Assembly (NCBI GenBank): GCA_963703285.1
Contig: OY969807.1
Coordinates: forward strand, 960,001-1,024,000
Length of the DNA: 64,000 bases
Origin: an uncultured Nitrososphaerota archaeon
GTDB lineage: Archaea > Thermoproteota > Nitrososphaeria > Nitrososphaerales > Gagatemarchaeaceae
Direction of reading: 5' to 3'
Shown here: positions 1 through 9,327 of the stretch, piece by piece
How the letters are laid out: every line of letters starts with the position of its first letter
How positions within the stretch are numbered: position 1 is the stretch's first letter
The notes under the pieces: generated by a model
Told to the model about the DNA's origin: nothing
The model's input: the letters and a program-made list of their open reading frames with translations, nothing else
Databases searched by the model: none
Translations under genes and position numbers: made by a program

Positions 1-561
1 AAACGAGCAAGACAGGCGTCTCCCTGCATAATCTTCTTCGATGAGATAGACGCCCTCGCTCCGGTGAGGGGAATGGGGGGAGGCAGCGATGTGACCGAGA
101 GGGTAGTCAGTCAGCTGCTCACGGAGATGGACGGCATCCAGGCGCTGCTGGGTGTTGTGGTGCTCGCAGCCACGAACAGGATTGACATGGTCGACCCGGC
201 CCTACTCAGACCGGGCAGATTCGACAAGATCGTCAACGTCCCGCTGCCCGACAAGGAAGCGCGGAGGGACATATTGCAGATACAGCTGAAAGGGAAGCCG
301 ATCTCAAAGGAGGTGGAGGTTGAACGTCTAGTTGAGATGACCGAGGGACTCAACGGAGCAGACCTGGCGGCTCTGGTGAACACGGCACTCTCCATAGTTC
401 TTCAAGCATACATCGCTAAGTATCCGAGGCCCGAGGACGCGAAGAAGCACCTCGATGAACCGATCGTGACCTACGAGCACTTCCGGGAGGCAGCGAAGAA
501 AGTGAGGTCCTCCAGGGAGAGCAACCCGATGGAGAAAGTCGCGATGCCTTACTACAGGTAA
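1..561 (+). CDS. cdc48: CDC48/VAT AAA+ ATPase, C-terminal part (5' truncated by window)
   Basis: Frame open from nt 1: Walker B IIFFDEID, VVSQLLTEMDG, AATNR, arginine finger PALLRPGRFD. Confidence 0.95.
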   Translation, partial: KRARQASPCIIFFDEIDALAPVRGMGGGSDVTERVVSQLLTEMDGIQALLGVVVLAATNRIDMVDPALLRPGRFDKIVNVPLPDKEARRDILQIQLKGKPISKEVEVERLVEMTEGLNGADLAALVNTALSIVLQAYIAKYPRPEDAKKHLDEPIVTYEHFREAAKKVRSSRESNPMEKVAMPYYR

Positions 562-585
562 GGCCGTAGGAGATGTGTGGTAGAG

Positions 586-705
586 ATGGTTCGATGCAGC
601 AAATGTGGAAAAAAAGTGGCGGAGATGAAAACCAAAGGAAGCATTGTTTTGGTTTGTACTGGTTGTAATAATTACACGAGTGAGTGTACTTGTTCGTCAA
701 ACTAG
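586..705 (+). CDS. 39-aa Cys-rich zinc-ribbon microprotein (not in ORF track)
   Basis: MVRCSKCGKKVAEMKTKGSIVLVCTGCNNYTSECTCSSN; CxxCG...CxxC...CxC; AGGAGA upstream; alternative in-frame GTG at 577. Confidence 0.7.
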   Translation: MVRCSKCGKKVAEMKTKGSIVLVCTGCNNYTSECTCSSN

Positions 706-962
706 GCACGGCACCTGGTTCGAGAACAATCTTTCCCAGAGGAAGTACCTAAGACTCAACGCCCACGTCGGACTAGTCGGCATTCGGGTTCTTTGCCCGC
801 ATATTGATTACCCATCTTCATCCAGCGATTGCTGAAGTAATTTCCTTTGTTGAATCAAAAGTACCACCAGCGCGAGACGTAACCGAACTAACGCTTTTAG
901 CGCTGAAGCGGTCTGCCGGATCGCCCTAGCTTCTTCCATCCCAATGGAAGGGAGCGGAATTG

Positions 963-1520
963 TCAGTAGATCATAAGCTTCTTTTCTTCGAGCATCACGT
1001 GCAGGTTGTTGACCGCCCTGTAGACCTCGCTCTCCCTCTTCGCCCCGGTGCAGACTAGCTTACCAGAGGCGAAGAGGAGTATCACCGTCTTGGGGTCGGC
1101 CATCCTGTGGATGAGGCCCGGGAACTGCTCGGGCTCGTACATCGATTTTGGCAGCTGCCTAGCAGCTTCCTCTAGGTGAATCTTCCCCCCAAGGTTCGCA
1201 GATGCCACGATGTTCTGTATCACTATCTCTGCCTCATTCTTGATGGGGATACCGCCCTTCTTCAATCTCCTGACGACCTCTTGAACGGCCTTTCTTGACT
1301 GGTCCTCCGATTTTGCACCCGTACAGACCATCTTCCCCGAGCTGAAGATCAGGGTAGCTGTCTTTGGGGTCTTCAGTCTGAAGACCAGTCCAGGGAACTG
1401 GTCGGGGTGGTACTCTACATCGATAAAGTTCTTGGTAATCTGGTTCAGGTCGACCCTCTGATTTATTGAGGCAGAAGCGACAACGTTTTCGATGCTTACT
1501 ATCGCCTTCGTTTGAGGCAT
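963..1520 (-). CDS. tbp: TATA-box binding protein
   Basis: Two TBP repeats (IENVVASA...PGLVFR...LIFSSGKMVCTGAK; IQNIVASA...EPEQFPGLIHR...LFASGKLVCTGAK). Confidence 0.98.
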   Translation of the reverse strand: MPQTKAIVSIENVVASASINQRVDLNQITKNFIDVEYHPDQFPGLVFRLKTPKTATLIFSSGKMVCTGAKSEDQSRKAVQEVVRRLKKGGIPIKNEAEIVIQNIVASANLGGKIHLEEAARQLPKSMYEPEQFPGLIHRMADPKTVILLFASGKLVCTGAKRESEVYRAVNNLHVMLEEKKLMIY

Positions 1521-1541
1521 TGCCTAGACGTGGAAATTTGC

Positions 1542-1560
1542 GCTATATATAGTATATAAA
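1542..1560. promoter_or_regulatory. TATA-rich element between divergent tbp and rps10
   Basis: gctatatatagtatataaa; TTTATATA on the minus strand about 30 nt upstream of the tbp ATG. Confidence 0.6.
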
Positions 1561-1736
1561 TGGACTGGGAAAGATTCCGATAGCTCGTCGTGTCATGCAA
1601 GGTTTCATATCGGGGTGGACGACGCATCTCAAACTACTCTCGATCCATCATCTATCGAAGGCAATCCATCTGACATGGTAGGGCAATGAGTGGTATACGT
1701 GTAAGTAGTCAGTCAAAGAGCGGCTCTCGAGGAATA

Positions 1737-2048
1737 GTGCCACAGTACGCCCGAATCAAGCTAACCAGCTCCAACCTTGAGCAGCTGGATGCCCTTGCCT
1801 GGGAGATCAAAGAAATCGCTGAGAAGACAGGGGTCAAATGCAAGGGCCCGCAACCTCTGCCAACGAAGAGGCTGAAGATTACTACGAGGAAAGCCCCTAC
1901 GGGGGAGGGTACGCACACGTTCGACCACTGGCAGCTCAGGATTCACAGAAGGATCCTTGACATCGAACCGAACGAAAGAACGATGCGACAGATAACGAAG
2001 CTCAGGATCCCCGAGGAGGTCAAGATAGAGATGACCCTGACCAGTTAG
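1737..2048 (+). CDS. rps10: 30S ribosomal protein uS10
   Basis: ARIKLTS...GPQPLPTKRLKITTRKAPTGEGTHTFDHWQLRIHRRILDI; GTG start at 1737 after GAGGA. Confidence 0.95.
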   Translation: MPQYARIKLTSSNLEQLDALAWEIKEIAEKTGVKCKGPQPLPTKRLKITTRKAPTGEGTHTFDHWQLRIHRRILDIEPNERTMRQITKLRIPEEVKIEMTLTS

Positions 2049-2108
2049 AGCGCCTAAGCATTCCTTTCATCCCACTGCCCGGCTCTCATTCTCGGGGACC
2101 TTTGTCGA

Positions 2109-2537
2109 TTAGCCAACCTTCCCAAGTTTCCGGGTGCTTTGGGAGCGAAACTTGCGGCCGTCAATGAGGTTAAGATAGACGTCTGATAACTCTCGTTTGG
2201 CTTTCAATGAGAGGTCAAACTCATCCCTGTATGGACAGAACGCGTCCTTTACAGGATGGTCAAGGTCTACGTCGAAGATGATAGGATAAAGCCTGCATCC
2301 CGCGGGTCGATTTGAGTAGATAGTACACTGCTTTCCATCGTGGAAGACACATCTCCCGCTGCTGCTGTTCCTGAGCATCTTGAAGCCGTCGGATTCAACT
2401 GCAAAAGAGCCTTCTTTGAAACCCAGACTGACTATTCGTTGCACATCTTCCTCCAATAGAAGCATCTGTGTTCCATAGCAGCAACTCACACAGAGACGGC
2501 TCTCGCATACATTCTTCGAAGACAGGGGCGCCTCCAA
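2109..2537 (-). CDS. YkgJ/UPF0153 family Cys-cluster (Zn or Fe-S) protein
   Basis: CESRLCVSCC...CVF...CTIYSNRPAGCRLYP pattern. Confidence 0.85.
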   Translation of the reverse strand: MEAPLSSKNVCESRLCVSCCYGTQMLLLEEDVQRIVSLGFKEGSFAVESDGFKMLRNSSSGRCVFHDGKQCTIYSNRPAGCRLYPIIFDVDLDHPVKDAFCPYRDEFDLSLKAKRELSDVYLNLIDGRKFRSQSTRKLGKVG

Positions 2538-2772
2538 TTAGCAGTCGCAAGAAGAAGTGAATGCGATCTTACTGAACCTTTCGGCTTTGAGACGTAACCG
2601 GATTTGAGCCTTCTGACGATGCCTCGTGACGACCGTTCCTATCGCCGCAGCTTCCGGGCCGAGGAGTAAACATGCAGGAAGGGTCGCGTTCGACAAGCAG
2701 ATGCTCGATAGAGCCAGTTGCCTACGCACTAGTCGTCAGCAAACTGTGACAGACACCTTTATCACTTTTCAC

Positions 2773-3258
2773 ATGGCTCGGATCATTGTGGGTGCCCCGT
2801 TCGTCCCGTCACCTGGATATGTGATAGAGAAGATGCTGACCCTGGGCGGTGTGAACTCGAATTCCGTTGTCTACGACCTGGGATGTGGGGACGGAAGCAT
2901 CGTTGTTGCTGCTGCCCGAGATCATCATGCGAAGAAAGTCGTGGGTATCGAACAGAAACAGAAGCTCTGTGTCATTGCGCTCGCGAAGGTAAGGCATCTC
3001 AAGAATACACTCATAGTGAACGCAAACTATGATGCCGTAGACATATCAGAGGCAAACATAGTAACGATTTATCAAAGCTCGAGTGAGAATGCGAGACTGA
3101 AACGAAAATTCCTCGATGAACTTTCGGAAGGCTCTACGATAGTATCGCATGATTTCGGGATTCCCGGATGGGGCGCCAAGGATTTTCAAACATTCAAGGA
3201 AAACCGCCATGGTTATCGAATCATCGTCTACGTTGTGGGTTTCCATACCCCTCCATAA
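2773..3258 (+). CDS. Class I SAM-dependent methyltransferase
   Basis: APFVPSP...VYDLGCGDGSIV...IVSHDF; ATG at 2773. Confidence 0.88.
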   Translation: MARIIVGAPFVPSPGYVIEKMLTLGGVNSNSVVYDLGCGDGSIVVAAARDHHAKKVVGIEQKQKLCVIALAKVRHLKNTLIVNANYDAVDISEANIVTIYQSSSENARLKRKFLDELSEGSTIVSHDFGIPGWGAKDFQTFKENRHGYRIIVYVVGFHTPP

Positions 3259-3328
3259 TCGCAAGAGTTGCGCTGACTTTTCCTAGAACCATCTTTCAAG
3301 AACTCATTGCAATATTCTTTGTGCTGAC

Positions 3329-3373
3329 TGACGGCCTTTCTTCACTCGGGTACTGAGTAGGGCCACGCTCACC
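3329..3373. repeat. Imperfect palindrome; degenerate copy of the hairpin repeat
   Basis: tgacggcc...actcgg gta ctgagt agggccacgctcac resembles ctgagYagggcacgtcac at 3721 and 20581. Confidence 0.55.
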
Positions 3374-3394
3374 CTTCTTTCCGGAGGTGATTGG

Positions 3395-3538
3395 ATGGAA
3401 GACAAGCTGACAGACGACCAGTGGAGGACGATACGGCCGCTCATACCAAAGCAGACCGGTCCGGGGAAGCCGAGGGCCGACGACAGAGAGTTCCAATCAG
3501 CGCTCCTTTACATATCGCCCGACGTTGTAAACACATAG
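3395..3538 (+). mobile_element. IS5-family transposase N-terminal remnant (DUF4096-like), truncated
   Basis: MEDKLTDDQWRTIRPLIPKQTGPGKPRADDREFQSALLYI matches the LTDxQWxxIxPLxP..GRPRxDDR motif; GGAGGTGA RBS; no DDE domain. Confidence 0.75.
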
Positions 3539-3719
3539 CCATTTAGCGTGTGTCAACACAAGCGTATCAGGCCGTTAGTTCCAATAGCCCGCCCTCGATA
3601 AAGCCAAAAAACTACGATATCACCAATTTCAAACAATTCCCTTCCGGCCCATCATCCTGTTCATTCGATTCCATCTGATGGAAGAATACTTGACGATTGC
3701 CGTCGGCCGCGCTCACTCA

Positions 3720-3773
3720 GCTGAGTAGGGCACGTCACTGTATGTTCAAATCTCCAACTTTAGGTTCAAATCC
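3720..3773 (+). repeat. Left copy of ~55-bp direct repeat
   Basis: gctgagtagggcacgtcactgtatgttcaaatctccaactttaggttcaaatcc; about 48/55 identical to 20580-20634 by manual alignment. Confidence 0.85.
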
Positions 3774-3786
3774 CTTCCGGGCCCGC
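3763..3786 (+). repeat. tRNA 3'-end fragment (att-like)
   Basis: ggttcaaatcccttccgggcccgc equals the 3' end of tRNA-Arg (39361-39383) apart from one extra T. Confidence 0.7.
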
Positions 3787-3846
3787 CTCAAAAAGCAGCT
3801 AGAAATGCAAGCGGAATGGTTGATTGTTTAGCCACTAGACGCAACT

Positions 3847-4059
3847 TCAAAACCGCAGTATCAGACGCGCCGGCAGTCTAAGGGCGGTACCGCCTAACTT
3901 GTTACCTGGAAACTTATTCCTGTTGTCCGACAAGATTGCGACCCAACTGCTTCCATTGCAAACGAAAATCTCTCCCTTACCTGAGTCGTAGGCAAGCGTA
4001 CCAGGGGCGGCCACGATAGGCACGGTAGTCACAAGAGATTGCTCGTGAGCCTCGGGCAC
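3847..4059 (-). pseudogene. YVTN/beta-propeller repeat fragment
   Basis: LVTTVPIVAAPGTLAYDSGKGEIFVCN..S.VAILSD is a single blade of archaeal YVTN surface proteins. Confidence 0.55.
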
Positions 4060-4141
4060 AGGCAGGTATTAGGGGCCGAAGAGTAGAATCAAGAGAGGAA
4101 GGAGGGCCAGGACAGCGCGTCTTGATGATGCTAACAACGGC

Positions 4142-4726
4142 CTAGTGCCTCTCCCACATGCCAAGACGCAGAATCCTCGCATCCGAGAGCCTTACGAACT
4201 GCCGGCGCGAGCCGTACCTCTGTACCAGACTCTTGATTCCATCTGTAAAGTCCTTTGCGTCACCGAGCTCTCCGAGGAGGTTCTTGTCGAAGAGGATGGG
4301 ACGCAGAGGGCCGCCACGGTGCCTCTTGGCTACAATAGGTGCGTAGCAGGCGGAATACTTCCGGATTAGGTTGTTGATCATCGTGCGGTCCACCACCGAG
4401 ATGTCACCGGGCACGAGTATGACGGCGTCCGCGTCGCTTCTCACCTTCGAGAGACCCTCCTTGATCGAGCCGGTCTCCCCGAGCTCGAGGTTCTCGTCCA
4501 AGACAGTTTCGCACCGATAATCCTTCAGCTCGCTCCTGACCTTTTCAGAGTCCGGTCCGACCAAGACGATGACCTGTTTGGCCTTTGAGGTTTGACACTC
4601 GTACACCACGTGTCCTATCATTGTCCTTTCCCCTATCTGCTCGAGCAGTCTGTTCGTTCCGGACTTCGTGTAAAGACCCCGGGCCAATACGATAACAGAC
4701 ACGGTGACTGGGTATCCTCTGCTCAT
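4142..4726 (-). CDS. MocA/MobA-like nucleotidyltransferase (Moco cytidylyltransferase family), divergent motif
   Basis: VIVLARG...RLL, GSIKEGL, ILVPGD, PILFDK; downstream of an XDH-family operon. Confidence 0.75.
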   Translation of the reverse strand: MSRGYPVTVSVIVLARGLYTKSGTNRLLEQIGERTMIGHVVYECQTSKAKQVIVLVGPDSEKVRSELKDYRCETVLDENLELGETGSIKEGLSKVRSDADAVILVPGDISVVDRTMINNLIRKYSACYAPIVAKRHRGGPLRPILFDKNLLGELGDAKDFTDGIKSLVQRYGSRRQFVRLSDARILRLGMWERH

Positions 4727-4791
4727 CTCTTCAACTCCGGCTCGATGACGGAACCTTCCGAACTCCCGCTCGATGACTGGAGCGGGCGCAG

Positions 4792-5033
4792 CTACAGAAG
4801 TAGGTGGAATGGCGATTCACCAGCATAGAAGATGCAGATGTCAGTGTACTTGGCAGTTTTCTCCCGATACTGAAACGGTCGACGTCGTTCTCCACTACCC
4901 GGCCCTTAAGGGGCTGGAAATCCTTGCCCCTGCTGGTCACCTCGGTTGCCACCCACCTGTCCTTGTACTTCTCAGAGATTTCAGAGAGAGTGAGCTCCTG
5001 CGGTTTGGTCCCACCTGACTCCCCAGATGTCAA
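4792..5033 (-). CDS. Small conserved-type archaeal hypothetical protein, apparent 1-nt deletion near 4866
   Basis: EKYKDRWVA...DVDRFSI continues in a shifted frame as EKTAKYTDICIFYAGESPFHLLL* (stop 4792-4794); GGAGAGG RBS. Confidence 0.55.
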
Positions 5034-5053
5034 ATCGCCTCTCCTTCCTCATC

Positions 5054-6133
5054 CTAGGATGAACTACTAGCAGTGACCGTAGACTCACTAGTGGTGACCG
5101 AAGCGAGTGGGGTGAGTGAGGTGACTGGACCGATTAGGCTGCTGAGGGCCTTCTGCACGACCCCCTGAGCGATGTAGACCCGGAAGGCGTTCCCCGTGCC
5201 CGTCGTCAGCGGTGTGGCGCCAGAGAGGGCCTTGGTGGCAGCGGCCGATATCACGCTCGCGTTGAGCTGCTGGCCGTTCAGGTAGCTCTCTGCGGCCGTG
5301 GCGCGGATGGGCTTGTTGGCGACCCCTCCCAAGACCAGCCTCACGTTCGAGGCGGTGGTCCCGCTCAGGGTCGCGCTGACCGCGCAGCTGGCGAGTGCGA
5401 AGTCGATCGCGCTTCTGTCGCTCGCCTTGTAGAAGGCGCTGACCGAGCCCGACGCTGGGGCGGGGACGTTTATCGAGGTCACGATCTCGTTGTAGCGGAG
5501 GCTGTTCTCCTTGACGCGGCCGTCGACGATGCTGACTCCCGGCATGAAGGAGTCCATCGACTCGGTCGTCGAACCCCCTGGTCCCTGGATGGTCACGGTG
5601 GCGTTGAGGGCGAAGAGGGCGGGCGTTATGTCGCCCGCGTGCACTGCGTAGCAGAGGTTGCCGCCGAAGAGGCTGTGGTAGTAGCGGTTGTCGCCGTTGG
5701 GTGCGTAGCAGACGTTCCCGCCGTTGCGCCAGCAGTCGTAGTTGTTCCTCAGGTACCAGCACCAGACCTCCTGGGAGATGTCGCCCGCCACGGTCGCCTG
5801 GTTGGCGATCTGCGCGGGATGGCCGGAGACCGCGCCGTAGAGCGCACCGTAGTTCGCCTTGACGTCGGAGTTGTTGAGCAGGTCTGAGACGTTGGTGGTG
5901 GCTCCTATCGTGAGTCCCGAGCTCGAGCTGTAGCTTATGCCGCTCAGGTTGAGCCCGGTGATGTCGACGACATACTGCGGCGTGAGGAGGTCGATGTGCT
6001 CCTTCATCTGGTAGAGTAGGTCGGTACCTCCGGCGATGACCCTCGCCTGACCGCCGTACTTGGTCAGGAGCGAGACCGCGTCACTGACCGATGTTGGCTG
6101 TAGGTATCCGAATTGCGCTAATTCGTTTCTCAT
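5054..6133 (-). CDS. XDH-family FAD-binding subunit with PaoB/YagS-type 4-Cys insert
   Basis: IAGGTDL, IGATT, QIANQATVAGD, CWYLRNNYDCWRNGGNVC...LCYAVHAGD, VRLVLGGVANKP. Confidence 0.93.
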   Translation of the reverse strand: MRNELAQFGYLQPTSVSDAVSLLTKYGGQARVIAGGTDLLYQMKEHIDLLTPQYVVDITGLNLSGISYSSSSGLTIGATTNVSDLLNNSDVKANYGALYGAVSGHPAQIANQATVAGDISQEVWCWYLRNNYDCWRNGGNVCYAPNGDNRYYHSLFGGNLCYAVHAGDITPALFALNATVTIQGPGGSTTESMDSFMPGVSIVDGRVKENSLRYNEIVTSINVPAPASGSVSAFYKASDRSAIDFALASCAVSATLSGTTASNVRLVLGGVANKPIRATAAESYLNGQQLNASVISAAATKALSGATPLTTGTGNAFRVYIAQGVVQKALSSLIGPVTSLTPLASVTTSESTVTASSSS

Positions 6134-6146
6134 CTGTCTTCACCAC

Positions 6147-8531
6147 TTAGAGTTTCCCGTTCGCCTGCATCCACTGCAGCGCGGCCACAATGTCCTCCTT
6201 CCTCATTGGGACGCTCGTGAACCTGTAGCCGCCCAGGGCGTTGCTCATCGCGTTCGCTATCGCGGCCGAGGTGGCGCACAGGGAGTCCTCGCCCATCCCC
6301 TTGGCCCCGAACGGGCCCGTCGGGTCGAGGCTCTCGTAGGGGAGGCACGTGAAGCTGGAGGGTGCCTGCATGATGGTCGGTATCTTCATGTCGAGGTAGT
6401 TCGGGTTGAGGTAGCTTCCGGAACGGGCGAGACCAGTCGTCGGGTCGTTGAGCACCTCCTCGAAGAGCGCCTCGCCCATCCCGAGGCCGATGAAGGCGCC
6501 CTCGAGCTGGGACCGGGCTCCCTTCGCGAAGACGACGCGGCCTATGTCCAGCGCGCTCACGACGCTCACGACCTCGGCGTCGGCGGTCAGCGTGTCGACG
6601 GCCACCATCGCGATCTTCGTCCCGGAGTCGCGGTGCGTGAACGCGAGGCCCGGGAACTCCGAGGGGGGCCCGTACCCGGTGACTGTGAGGGGCGCGCTGA
6701 GGAGCGCCGCCGCCTGCTGGAAGGTCATCTGGTTGGAGGGGTTCGTCGTGTCGTAGATTATTCCCGAGGGCTGCGGCGAGACGCTCCCGCCGACGCCGCT
6801 GAAGCCGGCTCCGATGCCACCGCCGAACGCGAGGTTGGACGCCTTGGTGCCGGGGGCCAGGGCTGCCGCCACTATCGGGAACCACGCGCGTCCGAGGGCG
6901 GTGGCGGCGGATAGCACCCCGAGGCCGCCGGTCATCGTGCCCAGGCTGCCGAAGGTGCCGCCGGAGTCAGAGGTGACCGACGTGTCGCCAGAGTAGTATG
7001 TCACGTTCTCGAGCGAGCTGAGTCCGATGAACTGCGCCGCCAGCAGGGGAAGCGTCGTGGTGGTGCCCCCTCCCTGGTCGGACTGTCCGTTGTAGATGGC
7101 CACGCTCCCGTCGGGGTTGACGGTTATCTGGCCCCAGCAGACAGGCATGTAACCTCCCTTGTTGCAGCTCTCGAGAGCCAGGCCGACGCCGTAGCGGATG
7201 GAGCCGCTCGTCGAGCTCGGGACGCCCCAGCCCTTCCAGAGCGACGTCCAGTTGAAGGCGCTCGTTGCAGAGTTGAAGACCTGCGGCTGGGGGAGAGTGC
7301 TGTAGGGCGTGCCGGCCACGGGGTCCGTGGCTGTGGCGCTCGTCCTCATGTTGTTGAGCCTGAAGGTGACGGGGTCGATCCCGAGCTGATCCGCGAGCAT
7401 GTCTATGGTCGACTCCATCGCGAAGTGGGTCTGGCTCTCTCCGACGTCCCTCATTGGGGTGCCCATGCTGTACGCGTTGGTGCTTACGACGTACTGGTTG
7501 ATCTCGAGGTTCGGGACGACGTACGTGTTGTAGAAGTCGTCAGCGCCGTCCGTCATGCTGCCTCCGACGGCGCCCATGTTGTAGTACATGTTCACCTGCA
7601 TCGCTGTCAGGAGGCCTGCCTTCGTCCCGCCGAACGCGCAGTAGCACCTAGTGGGGAACCTGCTGTTTGTCGAGCGTGCGTCCGCGAAGCGAGTGCCAAC
7701 CCACTTGACGGGCGCGCCGACCTTCTGGGACATCGCAGCGGCGATGACGAGGTCGTTCGCGTTGGAGCTGTTGCCGAACATTCCGCCGTTGGCGGAGTGG
7801 GTTGTGCCTCCGAGGGCCACCCTGCAGACCACGTCCGAGACCGGGATCCCGAAGTAGCTCGCCAGGCTAGACTGGTCGCCGAAGGCGTAGTTGGTCCTCT
7901 CCCAGACGTAGAGCTGGCCTCCCGTCCACCAGGCGACGCAGCCGCTCGGTTCGATCTGGAAGTGCTGGAGGATTGGGTAGTCGAACCTCTGGGAGACCAC
8001 CGCGTCAGCCGCGGAGAGGGCCGACGCAGCGTCTCCGTAGGAGATCGTGACCGGCTCTGGGCCCGTCAGGCTGTTCCCTCCCGGGTAGAGCTGAGGTGCG
8101 CCAGGCTTGAGCGCCTCCTCCGGGTCGAAGACGTATGGCTGCGGCTCATAGGCAACGTCCACGAGGTCGATGCCGTCCTGGACGGTGTCAGGGTCGGTCG
8201 AAGCGACGGCCGCCACCGGCTGGCCGGCGTAGAGGACTGACCCCCTCGCCAGGGGCAGGAAATTTCGACCCTGGTTAATGAAGTTGTATGCAGGCAGGTC
8301 GGCTGCGGTCAGCACCGTGTATCCCGCTGCCTCGGCCTTGCTCACGTCGATGCTCTTGATCAGAGCGCTCGGATGGGGGCTGAGGACCCTGCCCATGTAG
8401 ACCATGCTGGAGGCCCCGATGTCGCTTGCCGAGATGTCGGCGGTCCAGTGTCTCGTCCCGTTGATCCTGTTCATGAGGTCCTGTCTCGTGACGCTGGCGT
8501 TGCCGACTAATGAGTAGGAGGAGGAAGACAT
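6147..8531 (-). CDS. XDH/aldehyde oxidoreductase family molybdopterin-binding subunit
   Basis: SPHPSALIKSID, YAGQPVAAV, IEPSGCVA, DQLGIDPVTFRLNN, DQGGGTTT, GGTFGSLG, GPFGAKGMGE (catalytic Glu); ATG at 8531. Confidence 0.95.
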   Translation of the reverse strand: MSSSSYSLVGNASVTRQDLMNRINGTRHWTADISASDIGASSMVYMGRVLSPHPSALIKSIDVSKAEAAGYTVLTAADLPAYNFINQGRNFLPLARGSVLYAGQPVAAVASTDPDTVQDGIDLVDVAYEPQPYVFDPEEALKPGAPQLYPGGNSLTGPEPVTISYGDAASALSAADAVVSQRFDYPILQHFQIEPSGCVAWWTGGQLYVWERTNYAFGDQSSLASYFGIPVSDVVCRVALGGTTHSANGGMFGNSSNANDLVIAAAMSQKVGAPVKWVGTRFADARSTNSRFPTRCYCAFGGTKAGLLTAMQVNMYYNMGAVGGSMTDGADDFYNTYVVPNLEINQYVVSTNAYSMGTPMRDVGESQTHFAMESTIDMLADQLGIDPVTFRLNNMRTSATATDPVAGTPYSTLPQPQVFNSATSAFNWTSLWKGWGVPSSTSGSIRYGVGLALESCNKGGYMPVCWGQITVNPDGSVAIYNGQSDQGGGTTTTLPLLAAQFIGLSSLENVTYYSGDTSVTSDSGGTFGSLGTMTGGLGVLSAATALGRAWFPIVAAALAPGTKASNLAFGGGIGAGFSGVGGSVSPQPSGIIYDTTNPSNQMTFQQAAALLSAPLTVTGYGPPSEFPGLAFTHRDSGTKIAMVAVDTLTADAEVVSVVSALDIGRVVFAKGARSQLEGAFIGLGMGEALFEEVLNDPTTGLARSGSYLNPNYLDMKIPTIMQAPSSFTCLPYESLDPTGPFGAKGMGEDSLCATSAAIANAMSNALGGYRFTSVPMRKEDIVAALQWMQANGKL

Positions 8532-8535
8532 TCTC

Positions 8536-9327
8536 TCACGCACCTCCCAAGTTCGTCGCCGCAAGCTGTACGGAGGCGATTATGTTCAGATAGTTGCCGC
8601 ACCGGCAGAGGTTGCCCGAGAGCGCCTGCTGTATCTGCGCCACCGTGGGGCTCGTGTTCTGCTTCAGCAGCGCCGCGGCGGCCATGATGCTGCCGGGCGA
8701 ACAGAAGGCGCACTGGCCTCCGTCGTTCTGGACCCAAGCAGCCTGAAGAGCGGCGATCACCGGGTCAGCCGGCACCGCAACTGTGCCAGTCGACGACATT
8801 GTTGGGAGGCCCCCCTCGGTCGTCAGTATCGTGTGGCCGCCTGCCCTTATCGCCGGGTACTGGCACGCCTCGTGGGCTTCGCCGTCTATCAGGACCGTGC
8901 AGGCGCCGCACGCCATCCTGTTGCACCCCATCTTGGTGCCGACGAGCCCGAGGTCTTCCCGGAGAACGGTGGCCAGCATGTCTCTCGGCTCGACCGAGAC
9001 GGTGTAGCTGGTTCCGTTGACCGTGAACGTCACCGTCTGGGCGGCGAACGGGTTGGCCGCTGCAGCCGCAGGCACAGCCGGCACCGACGAGGTCTGCTGT
9101 ATGCCGCTCCCCGAGGTCTGCAGGACACCCCCTCGCAGCGCCAGGGCGGATACGCCCACGACGGCGCCCGCCGCCATGGTGCCCTTGAGAAGCGTGCGTT
9201 TGCTTACCTTAGTTTCCAAAATCTTCTCGACCGGTCCTGCAGACTCGCCGACCTTCTGGGAAGGTATCTTGTTCGGAGTGCTTGCCTTCTTCCGAACGCG
9301 TTTCGTACTTTTGTCAGTATCTGTCAA
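8536..9327 (-). CDS. XDH-family [2Fe-2S] subunit with Tat-type signal (PaoA/YagT-like)
   Basis: SKRTLLKG plus hydrophobic stretch; GTKMGCNRMACGACTVLIDG; GQCAFCSPG; GNLCRCG. Confidence 0.94.
   Translation of the reverse strand: MTDTDKSTKRVRKKASTPNKIPSQKVGESAGPVEKILETKVSKRTLLKGTMAAGAVVGVSALALRGGVLQTSGSGIQQTSSVPAVPAAAAANPFAAQTVTFTVNGTSYTVSVEPRDMLATVLREDLGLVGTKMGCNRMACGACTVLIDGEAHEACQYPAIRAGGHTILTTEGGLPTMSSTGTVAVPADPVIAALQAAWVQNDGGQCAFCSPGSIMAAAALLKQNTSPTVAQIQQALSGNLCRCGNYLNIIASVQLAATNLGGA

Noticed and set aside
3700-3790. Complete or split tRNA gene
   Set aside because: Only the T-loop and 3' acceptor strand are present; no D-arm, anticodon arm or splice leader.
6060-8240. Long antisense and alternate-frame ORFs over the XDH genes, and similar ones across the GC-rich core (e.g. 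20059-21105, 28612-30075)
   Set aside because: Shadow ORFs caused by high GC3; Arg/Pro-rich with no motifs.
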